This document shows, piece by piece, positions 54,301-64,000 of a stretch of 64,000 bases of DNA. The first letter of the stretch is position 1; every line of letters starts with the position of its first letter. The position numbers were made by a program, and so were the translations under genes. Where the stretch lies: positions 7,861,466 to 7,925,465 of the forward strand of contig OZ199838.1 in assembly GCA_964304625.1 (NCBI GenBank), in the 5' to 3' direction. The DNA is from Kudoa neothunni (taxonomy: Eukaryota; Animalia; Cnidaria). The notes beneath the pieces were generated by a model. That model worked only from the letters and a program-made list of their open reading frames with translations, was not told the DNA's origin and made no database searches.

Positions 54301-56907
54301 TGAATGGACCACATGCCACCGTATTTAAATTTATAAAGCAAAATCAATATTTTCTATTTAAACAGAGGTTTATTTCAAAAAAAGTATTATATAAGGCAAC
54401 ATCTATTGGTATCTTTGTAATTTGGATATTTATAACGTTTTCTGTGATTGGCGTAAAATTGTTACACGTAAACATGATTAAATATCGTGTGAATTTCATC
54501 ATAGTTTTCATTAAGGGATCCTTGATATTCTGTTCTGATAGGACAAAATCACCACAAGATTGCAGGTAATAATTATTTCCTTTATATAAATTGTTGTTTG
54601 AGGTTACTAAATTAAAGGGGGGATTTTTTAACCGTAGAAAACTTTTCAATTTACTTTGATATAACGGTAATAAAGTGGCTTTTAATCAAATATCTATGGG
54701 AACGTAAATTTAGCAACAAAAAAGAATATTAATCTCACCAGAATACAACTATGAAAACGTTTATCAAGGAGTGATGTCTCTTGTGATTTTAACAACTAAA
54801 CAATTATGGCCAGAGTAAGATTAGAAAAACATTATTAAAATAATCTAGCTTAGGCAGCTGCGATCATTAATATCAAATGACACGAATGAAATGATTGTGA
54901 CACGTCTAATGAGTTTATATTTTATTGCAGCTGCTTTAACATTTCGATACGTCGTATACGGCGTTATTTCGGCTCTTTTCATAATTGAATACCAAAGGGA
55001 TTACATGAAAAATCAGTTTGTATTTATTTTATCGTTTGAAATCTATTACTTCACGAATTTAGGCATATTTATTAAAACTTTCGATGACGTCAAAGCCTAT
55101 GAAAAAGCAAGTTACTAGATTCCAAAAGAAACATGAAAGTTTTATTTCCAATGTTGTCAGGAATAGATATTATACATATTTTGCAAATCTCGTTGTTATT
55201 ATCCATGTCATCGTTGTAGCGATACAGGTATCACATTGTATTCTGTAAATCTATATATATATATATAAATAATTTTGAAATTTTATAGCCAGATTTGTTG
55301 ATATATATAATTGTTCATGTCACGCTTGTGCTGTTTTACATTACGGAAAATATCCTAAAGATTATCGCATTCAAAAAGGTTTTGTTGATACTAAATATAA
55401 TTATATTATTTTTAGATATTTTTTATGAACTTCCGGAATGTTTACCATTGCTCTGTTACTATTATTAACTTTGTGGAATTAGTGTTTTTGATCTTATCAA
55501 TTATGGTATATGATTAGGTTTACATTCAATTTATTGGAGATTAGGCGTATAAATCAACCGAAGAACTCATCATAATATCCAAATTGTTAACAATTACTAG
55601 AATAATATTCTTAACAACCCATATTCCAAAATCACTTTTGATAACATTTAAACTCCTTATTAAAAATCTTGTTCCCTTGTTACTAGCATTTATTGGATTT
55701 TTGATGTGTGCCTCAATCGTTGCTCAAAAGGTAAATCCAATCGAAAAAATTTTCGGCATATATATTTAGATATTTTATTACGTTGAAGTTGAGGATGGTT
55801 CCAATTTCGGTCTGAATTTTAATACAACATCGAATTCATTTGTCACGCTCTTCAGGTATGGATATCATATCGTTACTTTTTTGATTAGTAACTTGTACGT
55901 AACAATATTTATAAAAATTTCAAAACACGCTTTATAAATCAGTTATATTAAGAATTTCATCGGAAATTGCTGTTTCATGATAGTTAACATGTTTTAGAAT
56001 AGATATTAATTTTTTTATTTCTAAATTAGGATGGCATTTTTTGAAAATTGGTATGGCGTAATGCAAATCGAAACTTCAACAAACAAATGCGGCAATAAGA
56101 ATTATGAGGGCTGTGGTTCTAAGTTCTCCTATATTTTCTTCCCTTTCTTTGTTTTAATATCGATATTTATTGTAAGTAAAAATATATGTATGTACAAAAT
56201 ATAACTCTCTTTATAAGATTAAAAATATATATTTATCAATGTTAATTGATACTTGCGAGTTTTGTCTTATCAGCAAAGATCGACACAACGTTGGGCCATC
56301 TCATCTCCATGAATTCATTGAAACATGGTCTTATTTCGATCCGAATGCAACGTAATTTTTAAATTGCATTAAATGAAAAATGATGATGTAATAGAGGGAA
56401 GGTCAAATATTCTTGTCTTTATCAGATTGTAGGCATGCTTTCTTATCCATTAGGGTCTGAATGTGTGTTATGTGATCATCTAACAAATATGGTAATGACG
56501 TGTTTTAAGGTTTCACTAATTTAAATAGATAACGTTATCCACTAAAACACCAATAGAGAAAGATGGCTACATCGTTTTTCACAAGACATTATTTTCTCTA
56601 ATTTGGAGAAGCCTATTCATCAATGAATTTGTACAAAAACACGAAAAATGTGAATTTTTAAAATGAAATTAGGGAATCACGAGTATGCGTCACAACATAA
56701 ACGATAATTTATCAGTTATCGAGAAGCTAAAAATCATACTTCCAAACATGACCCAAAATTTCATAAAAAATTTTGTTATTGAAGGTCTTTTAAAATTCTA
56801 CTAACTATGTTTTTAATCTTAATTTAGATACTGATACCCTCCATACGGGGAAAATTTCATATATCAAGTTACTTTATAAACGATTCAAGAGTACAGCAGG
56901 ATATTAA
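24312..56907 (+). CDS. Highly divergent HVA (Cav1/Cav2-type) voltage-gated calcium channel alpha-1-like protein, 36 exons, ~1485 aa
   Basis: Manual GT-AG splicing, all phases compatible, no internal stop. Exons: 24312-24450, 24490-24653, 24700-24804, 24849-24988, 25029-25135, 25176-25513, 32116-32225, 32273-32491, 32539-32714, 32752-32864, 35729-35841, 35880-36011, 36053-36122, 47430-47538, 47580-47729, 47773-47887, 47928-48066, 48109-48168, 54077-54186, 54224-54320, 54366-54467, 54516-54565, 54618-54666, 54714-54814, 54854-55019, 55063-55227, 55289-55378, 55416-55505, 55545-55730, 55770-55855, 56030-56171, 56218-56351, 56395-56491, 56529-56630, 56673-56784, 56828-56907. Four 6-TM repeats in order. 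Motifs: YLRDPLNILDF, LRVLRP, AID LEGYTDWL, GPSHLHEFIETWSYFDP (cf. GPHHLDEF..W..YDP), PLG, DG.I.F..TLFSL. The first exon and start codon are the least certain part. Confidence 0.92.
26490..27730 (-). mobile_element. Non-autonomous Helitron, family A copy 1
   Basis: Minus strand begins A|TC and ends CCAGGCAAAGCTGG (hairpin)...GCTAG|T. Paralogous over its full ~1.24 kb length to 44793-46029. Confidence 0.8.
28302..30517 (-). mobile_element. piggyBac element with fragmented transposase
   Basis: ORF pieces 29812-30165, 29423-29839 (LCIDES), 29087-29395 (VCDNYFTS) and 28728-28973. CCCTCCGAGTAAAATTGG at 28302 has inverted copies ending at ~30338 and 30517, and the latter is followed by TTAA. Confidence 0.88.
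30674..31640 (-). mobile_element. pogo/Tigger relic
   Basis: TA|CAGTGGGCGTCGGATAA terminus. Minus-strand DWL*GFKERFNLLRLNFHG (~31210-31267) resembles the element at 1-1558. The right boundary is approximate. Confidence 0.6.
33711..35135. mobile_element. TA-flanked TIR element (Tc1/pogo-type, decayed)
   Basis: TA|CAGGAGGTAGTCGATTTTCCGTA and the inverted TACGGAAAATCGATTCCCTACTG|TA. Inner repeats lie near 33855 and 35055. Confidence 0.7.
36385..38230 (-). mobile_element. pogo/Tigger relic
   Basis: ORF 36835-37116 reads LIFLPRITTSISQPTDLG...EYTILDCLCILK. FSKKRVTLV lies near 37345-37372. Related to 48332-52795. Boundaries are approximate. Confidence 0.7.
39464..42792 (-). mobile_element. Mutator-like element (MULE), near-intact, 3329 bp
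   Basis: ~100-bp TIRs (GCTATTACCACGGGAATCAATCTCTCTGC...) and a 9-bp TSD TAAAGTTAT at 39455-39463 and 42793-42801. Confidence 0.93.
40090..42493 (-). pseudogene. MULE transposase (WRKY/FAR1-like N-terminus, DDE, SWIM), five exons, one nonsense codon
   Basis: Motifs CPF...HNH, LDATYK, ITDK, CIFH, TNNRLE, SWIM CNC...LPCSH and GRPKG. Single in-frame TAA at 41960-41962. Introns 41721-41768, 40527-40566, 40411-40463 and 40185-40221 restore the frame. Confidence 0.88.
43085..43729. mobile_element. Old non-autonomous hAT element
   Basis: Ends TAGGGATTCTAAAC / GTTGAGAATACCTG. Flanks TTCTATTA and CTCTAGTA match at 6/8 positions with a central TA. Confidence 0.5.
44793..46029 (-). mobile_element. Non-autonomous Helitron, family A copy 2
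   Basis: Collinear paralogue of 26490-27730 with the same boundaries. The terminal CTAG has one substitution. Confidence 0.8.
46032..47200 (+). mobile_element. Non-autonomous Helitron, family B copy 1
   Basis: 5' end A|TCCTTTATATATATAAAAG and 3' end CCC..CAACGCCGGG...GCTAG|T. No TSD. Confidence 0.85.
48332..52795 (+). mobile_element. pogo/Tigger relic with a hAT inserted in its 3' TIR
   Basis: TA|CAGTCGTGTCTCGGTATTGCGTGG. Remnants NLDKTALIY (~49113), KFSKTRVTLV (~49198) and LDQCKSHP (~49432). The 3' TIR is split by the hAT at 50231-52780. Confidence 0.75.
50231..52780 (-). mobile_element. hAT transposon, Buster/Charlie (SCAND3/ZBED8-like transposase), frameshifted
   Basis: Perfect 15-bp TIR CAGCGCTTCCCGATT and 8-bp TSD ATCTAGAC. 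ORF pieces carry BED-like CILC..KPSKL.EH...KH, ICTDGAPVM, HCILH, EVRWLSRG and STTWLCEAGFS. Confidence 0.96.
52807..53645 (-). mobile_element. Internally deleted pogo derivative lacking its left TIR
   Basis: Right end CGCAATATCGAGGCACGACTG|TA. 52834-53266 is nearly identical to 44267-44699. The element begins at a 34-bp palindrome. Confidence 0.7.
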
Positions 56908-57339
56908 ATTGGTTGGAAACTCAATATTTAACCCCTTCAGTCCGGAAAAATCCAGACGAACTAAAAAATGTTAGACTATTCACATTAATTTTATGTTACG
57001 AAATAAATTATGATCGTTTTTGAAATTATTACAGATAAAAAAATAAAAGGGCCGTGAACATTTCACAGACAATTATATCTCTAAAACTGACTGATAGAAT
57101 TTAATGAAATTTTATATATTGACATAGTCCATAAAGAACAATTGATTTCTAAATTTATAAGCATATACACACTGGCTATATAGATGACCTTAAAATAAAG
57201 CGCGCGACTGAACATAAACATGTTTTTAACTTTAGAACCGGGTTGATTACCAAATTATTTATTCATAAAGGTATTCAAATGTTTTATAACTCTATAACGA
57301 CAATTTTTCTTGATTGTGCGCGTGTCTCACATCAATTTG

Positions 57340-58410
57340 TGCGCTATAACGATGAGTCACAATTTATTCAGCGTTGGCACGACACGAAGTTTAATTCTTT
57401 TAAAAAACTAGAAAATGATGTGAAGATTTATGAGAAGGAATCATATTCTAATTTGCACAAACGCCAGGCAAGAACCCTCTTGAATATTACAGGCAGAATA
57501 ACAAAATCAATTAATCCGCTTCTTCGGTACTACGAAATTACATATAGATGTATTTTCGGTGGTACTAATAGGCACAGAAAAAAATGGAGAAAGAAATAAA
57601 ACAACCGCCCAGTTAAAATCACATTGAGAGTATCAGGGGATAGATTGTCGCTTGAAGTGCGTTCCTCTTTATTTAAGCACAACCATTAATGCAATGAAAT
57701 TATTTTCAAAAATTTACCAAACCAAAGAAGGATTGATCTCAGAGATTATCCAACTTATTCACCCAGGTGCAAATAAAAATCTTATCCAGTCAACGATTCA
57801 ATCAGACACGGGGAAAACGAAAAACATGAGATTAAAATTTCTTCATATCATGAAAACCAATCCCGATACCTCCCTAAACTCTTTAATCAAAATAGAAAGA
57901 TTGCTAAAAGAAGATTTTGGTTGATTCGTAAGAATTTTATACAGAGAGCCAAAGATAGTCAATGGAATATTTTTGATTGACCAAGATAGGAAAAGGTTTT
58001 TGGAATTTTATCCTGAAATCATATTTGTTGATGCGACATACAAACTTTTAAACAGGAGGAATTTATAAAATTAATTTTTTAGAGTATCCTTATATTGATC
58101 AGCAGAGGAAGATTCAACAGGACGAACATACATTACAAGTGTTTGTGTTATGTATGAAGAAACGGAGCAGAACATCCAGTGGTATTGTAATGTTTTAAGT
58201 GAATTGGTGCCAACGTTAAAAAACAAGTTGTTTTCGATTACAACTGATAGGGATGAAAAACTTAGAAAATGTCTGAGAAAAACTTCCCTAACACTTCATT
58301 AATCTTTTGCAAGTTTCATGCTATGCAAAATTTTCAGAGTAATTACCACAAGTAAGTTTCTATTTATAGCGTCAAAACGCCAAGAAATTCTGAAAATTTT
58401 TCAATCAATT
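57340..58410 (+). pseudogene. Decayed MULE transposase (paralogue of the 39.5-42.8 kb element), truncated by Helitron B copy 2
   Basis: Motifs YYEITYRCIFG, GANKNLIQSTI, FYPEIIFVDATYKLL, EDSTGRT, ITTD and CKFH. Confidence 0.85.
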
Positions 58411-58411
58411 A

Positions 58412-61260
58412 TCTATATCTACTGTCTATCCGCTACATACACAAAGCTGAAGTGTGCGTGTGCAAGTACGCATGTGCGTCAAAATTGGTTCCTTATAGAG
58501 AGACATATATGAAATTTTTTAAAAATCATTAAATTGTTTTCATACTACGAAATGTTCCTAAAAGTGTTTAGAAAATGGTGATTTTGTCGATTCAAAGTTT
58601 GTTACACGTATTATCCGGTTGCAATAATAGGATTAACACCTGCTTATGTCATGGTAACGATCGGATGAAGTTAACTTTCCTCCTTATATGCTTTATCAAA
58701 TTTAAATTAAGCGATATCACCTGACTTTTCATATAATGTTAGCGTGTATATTTGGGTTTTTGCGCATACACACTTCTTTTGTCAGGAGTTTTAACGTATA
58801 TGACTTGATTAGGGTAATGGTGTACTTACCGGCTACCAAAATTCGGCATGATTTCGTGATTTTTTTTCTGCCGATTTTTTCGTAGATTAAGTTCATTCAC
58901 TCTAAAAAGTTGCAGCATACAAATATAAATCCATTTTTTTTGTTTCTAATGTTTCCTAAATTCGTTGTCATAATTCTTTGTATGTTGTATTAATCTCCGT
59001 TATGATACTACTTTAGGTATTGTTTTCTTGTTTTAACCAATTTGAATTAATGTTTTTGTGAAGTTATCCTCTTTAATTATTGAAAAATGATTTTTAAAAT
59101 ATGTGGAATCTACTTATTTGCCGATTTAATCAATTAAAAATTGAATCATTTTATTTTGGAAATTTTCACAATATACAGATTTAAAATGGAAAAATCAAAG
59201 TTTATGAGTAATGTTACAAAAGAATTTTGGTTTTTTTTAGTTTAGAATTTTTTTATGGACAATTTTCTACCAAAAAGTAGCCAATATTTTACATTTTACG
59301 AAATGAGCTAAACATATTATTTTATTTTAACTAATAATTTTTAAATCTTGTGGCAATTTCTTTTTCTATCTACTCCAAATGTTTCTTGTTTATGCATAAA
59401 GTTAAAACCCATTTTAACAATAATATATCTTTCTCACAAAACGTTCAAAAATATACCTTAGGCGTAGCTAAATCAGTTAATACAAAGCTTATAGAATTAT
59501 ATATTTTATTACAATATTTTTAAAGTTTAATGATTTGAATGTTGTTTATTCTTTTATAATTATATTTTAACACTTTCATTATAACATAGTATATTCATTT
59601 GTAAAAGTCTTATTTGATAAAGTTGATTTTACACGTCACATATAAAATCAGACAGTTTATTCAGTTAGGTAATATTTATTAATAATATTCAAATAGTTGT
59701 TAAATAAATTGAGTTTCCCGCCCATAATAGATCGGAACCATTCTTCATGTAGGTAACTATCGAAATTTAGTCGACTCATACCTCTCTTAATTTTAAGGAT
59801 CTTAAGTTTGAGCCGATCCCAACAAGATTCGATAGTATTTGAATGTGCTCCATTAATACACTAACTTTGGGGATGGTTGATTCGAATGTGATTGTAGCCT
59901 CGTTCTCAATTATTGGTATCAGAGTTTCATGATTTCTTCTTTGAACACTGAAATACCTTACCTCTTTTAGAGTCCTTTTCCCATCAGGATCAACTGAGCA
60001 CAAACAAAGACCAAAAACCCAGGGACCGTCCACCCTATTCCCATATTTTTCAGAATTCGAACATAGAGCTAATTTATAAAATTTACTATCGTATAATTAA
60101 ATAACATATACACATATATTCGTCGGACAATTCTCCACAATCAGGGCAATACTCACTTCCACTTCCATCCGCCTAGAAGACATAACAAATTAATTAAATT
60201 TTTTTTCTTATTACTGTCACTTCATTCTCAGGGATAAAAATTTCCTTTGTAGAAGAATGTTTCCAAGAATCTCCATTCAAGTAACGGCCCCTGTTATTTC
60301 TTCTTTTGTCATGTAATAGACTTTCATCAATTTCAATAATGTATCCTTCACCGCCGAATTTTTGTAGATTGAGGAAATGGTTTGTACAAATGGTTCGAAT
60401 TTTAATAAACCAATTTATCATCGATTTTTTGGAGACAGAAACCATTGATGAGATTGATTCAATAGTATTATCTAAAGATCAATAGTACTAGATCTTTAAT
60501 ATATTCTTGGTAGAGAATTTTTGTTTTGTTCCCTCATTATTTCCGGTAAAAAAGGTTTTTTTGTTTGGACATAGTTTTGTTTTACATCTGTCTTATTTAA
60601 TAAAAACCATTTATTGTATTTCAATTACCTTCTACATACGTATATAACTATGTTTTCATTATTATTTAATGAAGAAATCAATTGGCTAGTTTCCTTTCTC
60701 TTTCTTGTAGAGGTATACATTGTGCCGCAACCTCTACAGTTTCTACATTGTTTTGGAAAGCCATGGACGATTTTTTTCGAAACCAAGAAATTAAATAGAA
60801 TCCCGTTATTATTTATAAGCAAAAAAAAACTCATCGTCTGATTTCATATCAACCATTGCCGCCTTATTTTCTGAAACGTGCGTCCTTAAGCTTAAGTGAT
60901 AAAATACAAACTTTAATCACATATATGCGTAACTATATTAGATTCTAATATTATATTATTATGTGGTATATATCGCGATAAAATGTGAGAAAACATATAG
61001 TTTGAGGATCTTTTTAATTGGCGTCACGTGTTATGTTATGCTCAATTAATGGATTATGACAACGAATTTAGGAAACATTAGAAACAAAAAAAATGGATTT
61101 ATATTTGTATGCTGCAACCTTTTAGAGAGAATGAACTTAATCTACGAAAAAATTGGCGGAAAAAAATCACGACATCATGCCGAATTTTGGTAGCCGGTAA
61201 GTACACCATTACCCTTGATTAGTATATTTTAAAAGTTTTATTAATGGTTTAAAATATGCG
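58412..61260 (+). mobile_element. Helitron family B copy 2 (5' part), interrupted by Merlin
   Basis: 58464-58812 plus 61223-61250 align with 46083-46490. The 3' end was not located. Confidence 0.65.
58813..61213 (-). mobile_element. Merlin (IS1595/IS1016-like) DNA transposon, decayed transposase
   Basis: ~160-bp TIRs starting GGTAATGGTGTACTTACCGG and a 9-bp TSD CTTGATTAG. Motifs GGEGYIIEIDES, KRRNNRGR, GPWVFG, VQRRNHETLIPII and DSYLHEEWFR. Confidence 0.93.
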
Positions 61261-63160
61261 AAAAAGTCTATGTTCGCATCTTTTGTAGCGATTTGACAAA
61301 GAATTCTATAATCAGATAGATTGAAGATTTATAATTAGTGCACGCAATTTTCGACGCTATTATGCATAAAGGAGATTATACACTGATATGCGCAAACATC
61401 TCTGACTCGAAAAACACAAATTAACATTACATATAATTATATTTTAATTTCACGATTTTAATATAATTGTTGTATCATAGAGATTTTTCCTTTCGAAAGA
61501 GATGTCCTCTCACCTGAATGAACATGCCTAATCCTAATCTCCAAAAAATTTTATTTGCGAATGAAGACAACGGTTTGTTTAAAAAATATTGTCGGAAAAA
61601 TTAGCATTGCATTGCTAAAATCTTTTTTTTTCAAGCACTGTAAATAAGTGCTTATTAACGGAAGTTTTAAAACTAGAAAGTGAACGTGTTGAAGGACATT
61701 ATTTTGGGGAAAAACTTCTAGGTCTAGTGTGATTATCTATTATTTTAAATGATAACCCATCATACACATTAGCTGAAACAAGAGAAATCTTTATTTTTTG
61801 ATTTTTGTGATCTCTAAATAACGAAGGGGACTAGAAGATATATGCTTTAACGATTCTATAATTCAACGATGCTTCAACAATGCAAAATGTTTTTGCACAT
61901 GGTTTTGTTTTGTGGGTAAATTTAACTGGTAGCATTTGTAAACAAATTCATTTTAAACAATTTCTAAATTAACTCAATCCTCAATAAAATGCTCCGAATT
62001 ACAACTTTCCCCCATTCTTATTAAGGCGCCCTTTCCGAAACACATCGAAAAAATAAACGTCGAACCATCATAATAAAATCGCCGGTTTAAATCGATCGAA
62101 AATTGCATGCCCTAGATATATCCCATTAAATATTGTAATTACACAAAAAAACGATAAAGAAATTAATTTATGTTTAAACCAGGTACGTCCATGAGCCAAA
62201 TAAGGTTTAGTTTATAATTATAGAAAATCGCATAACTACTAATTATGAAACCCAAGTACAGTAGATGACGGCTCGTGCGCACCTGCCATGATTTAATGAC
62301 TTACACAATACTGTGACTAATTAAAATGAATCGAATAAAAGCACAACAATTATAATAAATTATTAAAACCTTAGTTTTTGTTTTAATTCGTTTTATATAA
62401 GAATTAGCTCCAATTTACTGCTCGAGGGCACTTGAAGAAAACCAAGAAGTTACGTTTTTGAAAGATAAAGTGGATATAATGCCATATTATGAAAGAATAT
62501 CGAATGGGAAAACAGGTAAACTAAAATCCTCAATTATTTTAACTTAAAATATCTATCCTCTTTTTAAATAGGATTTGGGGTAATAAAGAATCCATTATGA
62601 AGTCTCATAATGGAATGAAAATTACAAATAACCACAAAAAATTTACTATTTCTATGAATGATGCTCTAATTTATTTGAGAAAAATGTACAAATTGTTCAG
62701 AAAACGAAATTATCAAATGTTATCTACGGTCATAGATCTAGAGACGACGGTTTACGATTCAAGAATGTCAGAGCTTACCAGTAAAATATTAAAAACTTTT
62801 AATTATATTTTATTGAGAATATTAATTAATTTTATGAAATTATGCATATCAATATATATTAAATTTATCTTGATTATTAACTCTTACTTCTACTTCTCAT
62901 GAGTACAGAAAATAATTCATTTGTTACGCAACACTTCCTTAAGATATAATGATTCATTAAGAAAGTTTTCTGCATGTTTATATTTAAAATCGTTCAAACC
63001 TTTATGATTGCAGTAAACAATAATTTTGATTGCAATAAAATTTGATGTGTGAATTGCATCTATTATTTTTTTAAATTTTTGTTGACAGAAATCATTGGTA
63101 TTATCATCACGTCGTCTAAATGGTTTGTTTCTACAAATTAAAGTCAAGGGTCGACTAGAT

Positions 63161-63305
63161 CAGCGCTTCCCAACTAAAACAAGACTCGCACCCCTTTGCA
63201 TACGTTAAGGTGTAATAACTTAAAATTTATCAAAAATTATTTTCAATTTTGATCGGATCTCGCACCACCTGAGACCAAAGTTCGCACCCCCAGTTGGGAA
63301 CCCCG
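63161..63305. mobile_element. 145-bp hAT/Buster MITE
   Basis: Ends CAGCGCTTCCCAACT / AGTTGGGAACCCCG with an 8-bp TSD GACTAGAT. The TIR is related to the hAT at 50231. Confidence 0.88.
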
Positions 63306-63779
63306 GACTAGATTAATCGCATCTTTCTTTACATGATTGCTATAATAAAATTTTATTTTATTAATATACTTTTGAATATAAATACAAACATAGTGATAAA
63401 TAAGAGAGACTAAACTGTAAGAGCCCATATTAAAACTTTTCTTTGTCCACATGCGTCATGACGGCTCGAGGGCACCTCGAACCCAATTCCCATTTTAGTG
63501 CCCACGACCTGTCACCTACCGTATACTGGATGTTATACTTAATTATGTTTGTTTCTAAATTTCTCATCGACTTAAAAATAAATAATAAGTACTTACATCG
63601 AAACAGATGAATAAATTAAAGTTAAATTATTTAATAGCCAACTACTCCATGAAAATTAACAAGATATTGAAAACAAACAAAATCATATTTCAATTCATGA
63701 TTAAATGCCAGTAACACGTGAATAGGTAGGTATCTTGTTAAGAATATGATCAAAAAAGTCCTAATAATCTTTGTAAATT

Positions 63780-64000
63780 TATCATAACCATTCGTCGTGT
63801 AGATACGAATCCAATCGATTTTTGGTTACACTTTGAGCATTATACGAATATTTTTCGACAATTTGGTTGCTATCTTCAGGTGATGAAATATTATTTATTC
63901 TTCTCTTTATATTTTATATTTTCAACGAATTACGCCTACAACAATTTTTGCATTTGCCAGGGCTTCGGAGTAAATTTTTCTCGACAACGAATTTCTTTTT
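63780..64000 (-). pseudogene. Internally deleted Merlin transposase remnant (runs off the window)
   Basis: KFVVEKNLLRSPGKCKNC (cf. FLVSKKIVHGFPKQCRNC at ~60740-60790) lies next to LDSYLHDEW (cf. FDSYLHEEW at ~59738-59764). Confidence 0.6.

Noticed and set aside
24312-56907. Calling the channel Nav, NALCN or Cav3, or assigning a CACNA1 symbol
   Set aside because: The AID and GPxHLxEF motifs point to Cav1/Cav2, but divergence is too great to choose between them without a phylogeny.
62402-62600. Apparent exon-intron-exon (ELAPIYCSRALEEN...KTG|FGVIKNPL*)
   Set aside because: It contains GCTCGAGGGCAC, a repeat of the pogo-like end motif at ~62260 and ~63460, and has no recognisable domain, so it cannot be supported as a host gene.
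1-64000. Fanzor/TnpB or other RNA-guided nuclease cargo in the transposons
   Set aside because: No RuvC/zinc-ribbon TnpB-like motifs in any ORF or frame I read. The intact DD34E element has no room for a second gene.

Overview
AT-rich eukaryotic (metazoan-type) genomic DNA, not prokaryotic. The ORF track misses the only clear host gene because it is split by ~40-nt introns. Manual GT-AG splicing gives a 36-exon, stop-free, ~1485-aa high-voltage-activated Ca2+-channel alpha-1-like gene on + (about 24312-56907). Its EEEE selectivity ring reads H/S/Q/E, its S4 charges are eroded and its IQ motif is degenerate, but the Cav-beta-binding AID core is retained. The rest is a dense, nested set of transposons: pogo/Tigger, mariner, IS630/Tc1-like DD34E (one intact), Gypsy LTR elements with very short LTRs (one young, with a -1 frameshift signal), piggyBac, hAT/Buster, Mutator (MULE), Merlin and non-autonomous Helitrons. 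Several transposase genes (pogo, MULE, Merlin) carry the same ~40-nt mini-introns as the host gene. Tiny introns plus extreme protein divergence suggest a fast-evolving animal lineage such as a parasite (inference only). All homology calls come from remembered family motifs; no database search was run.
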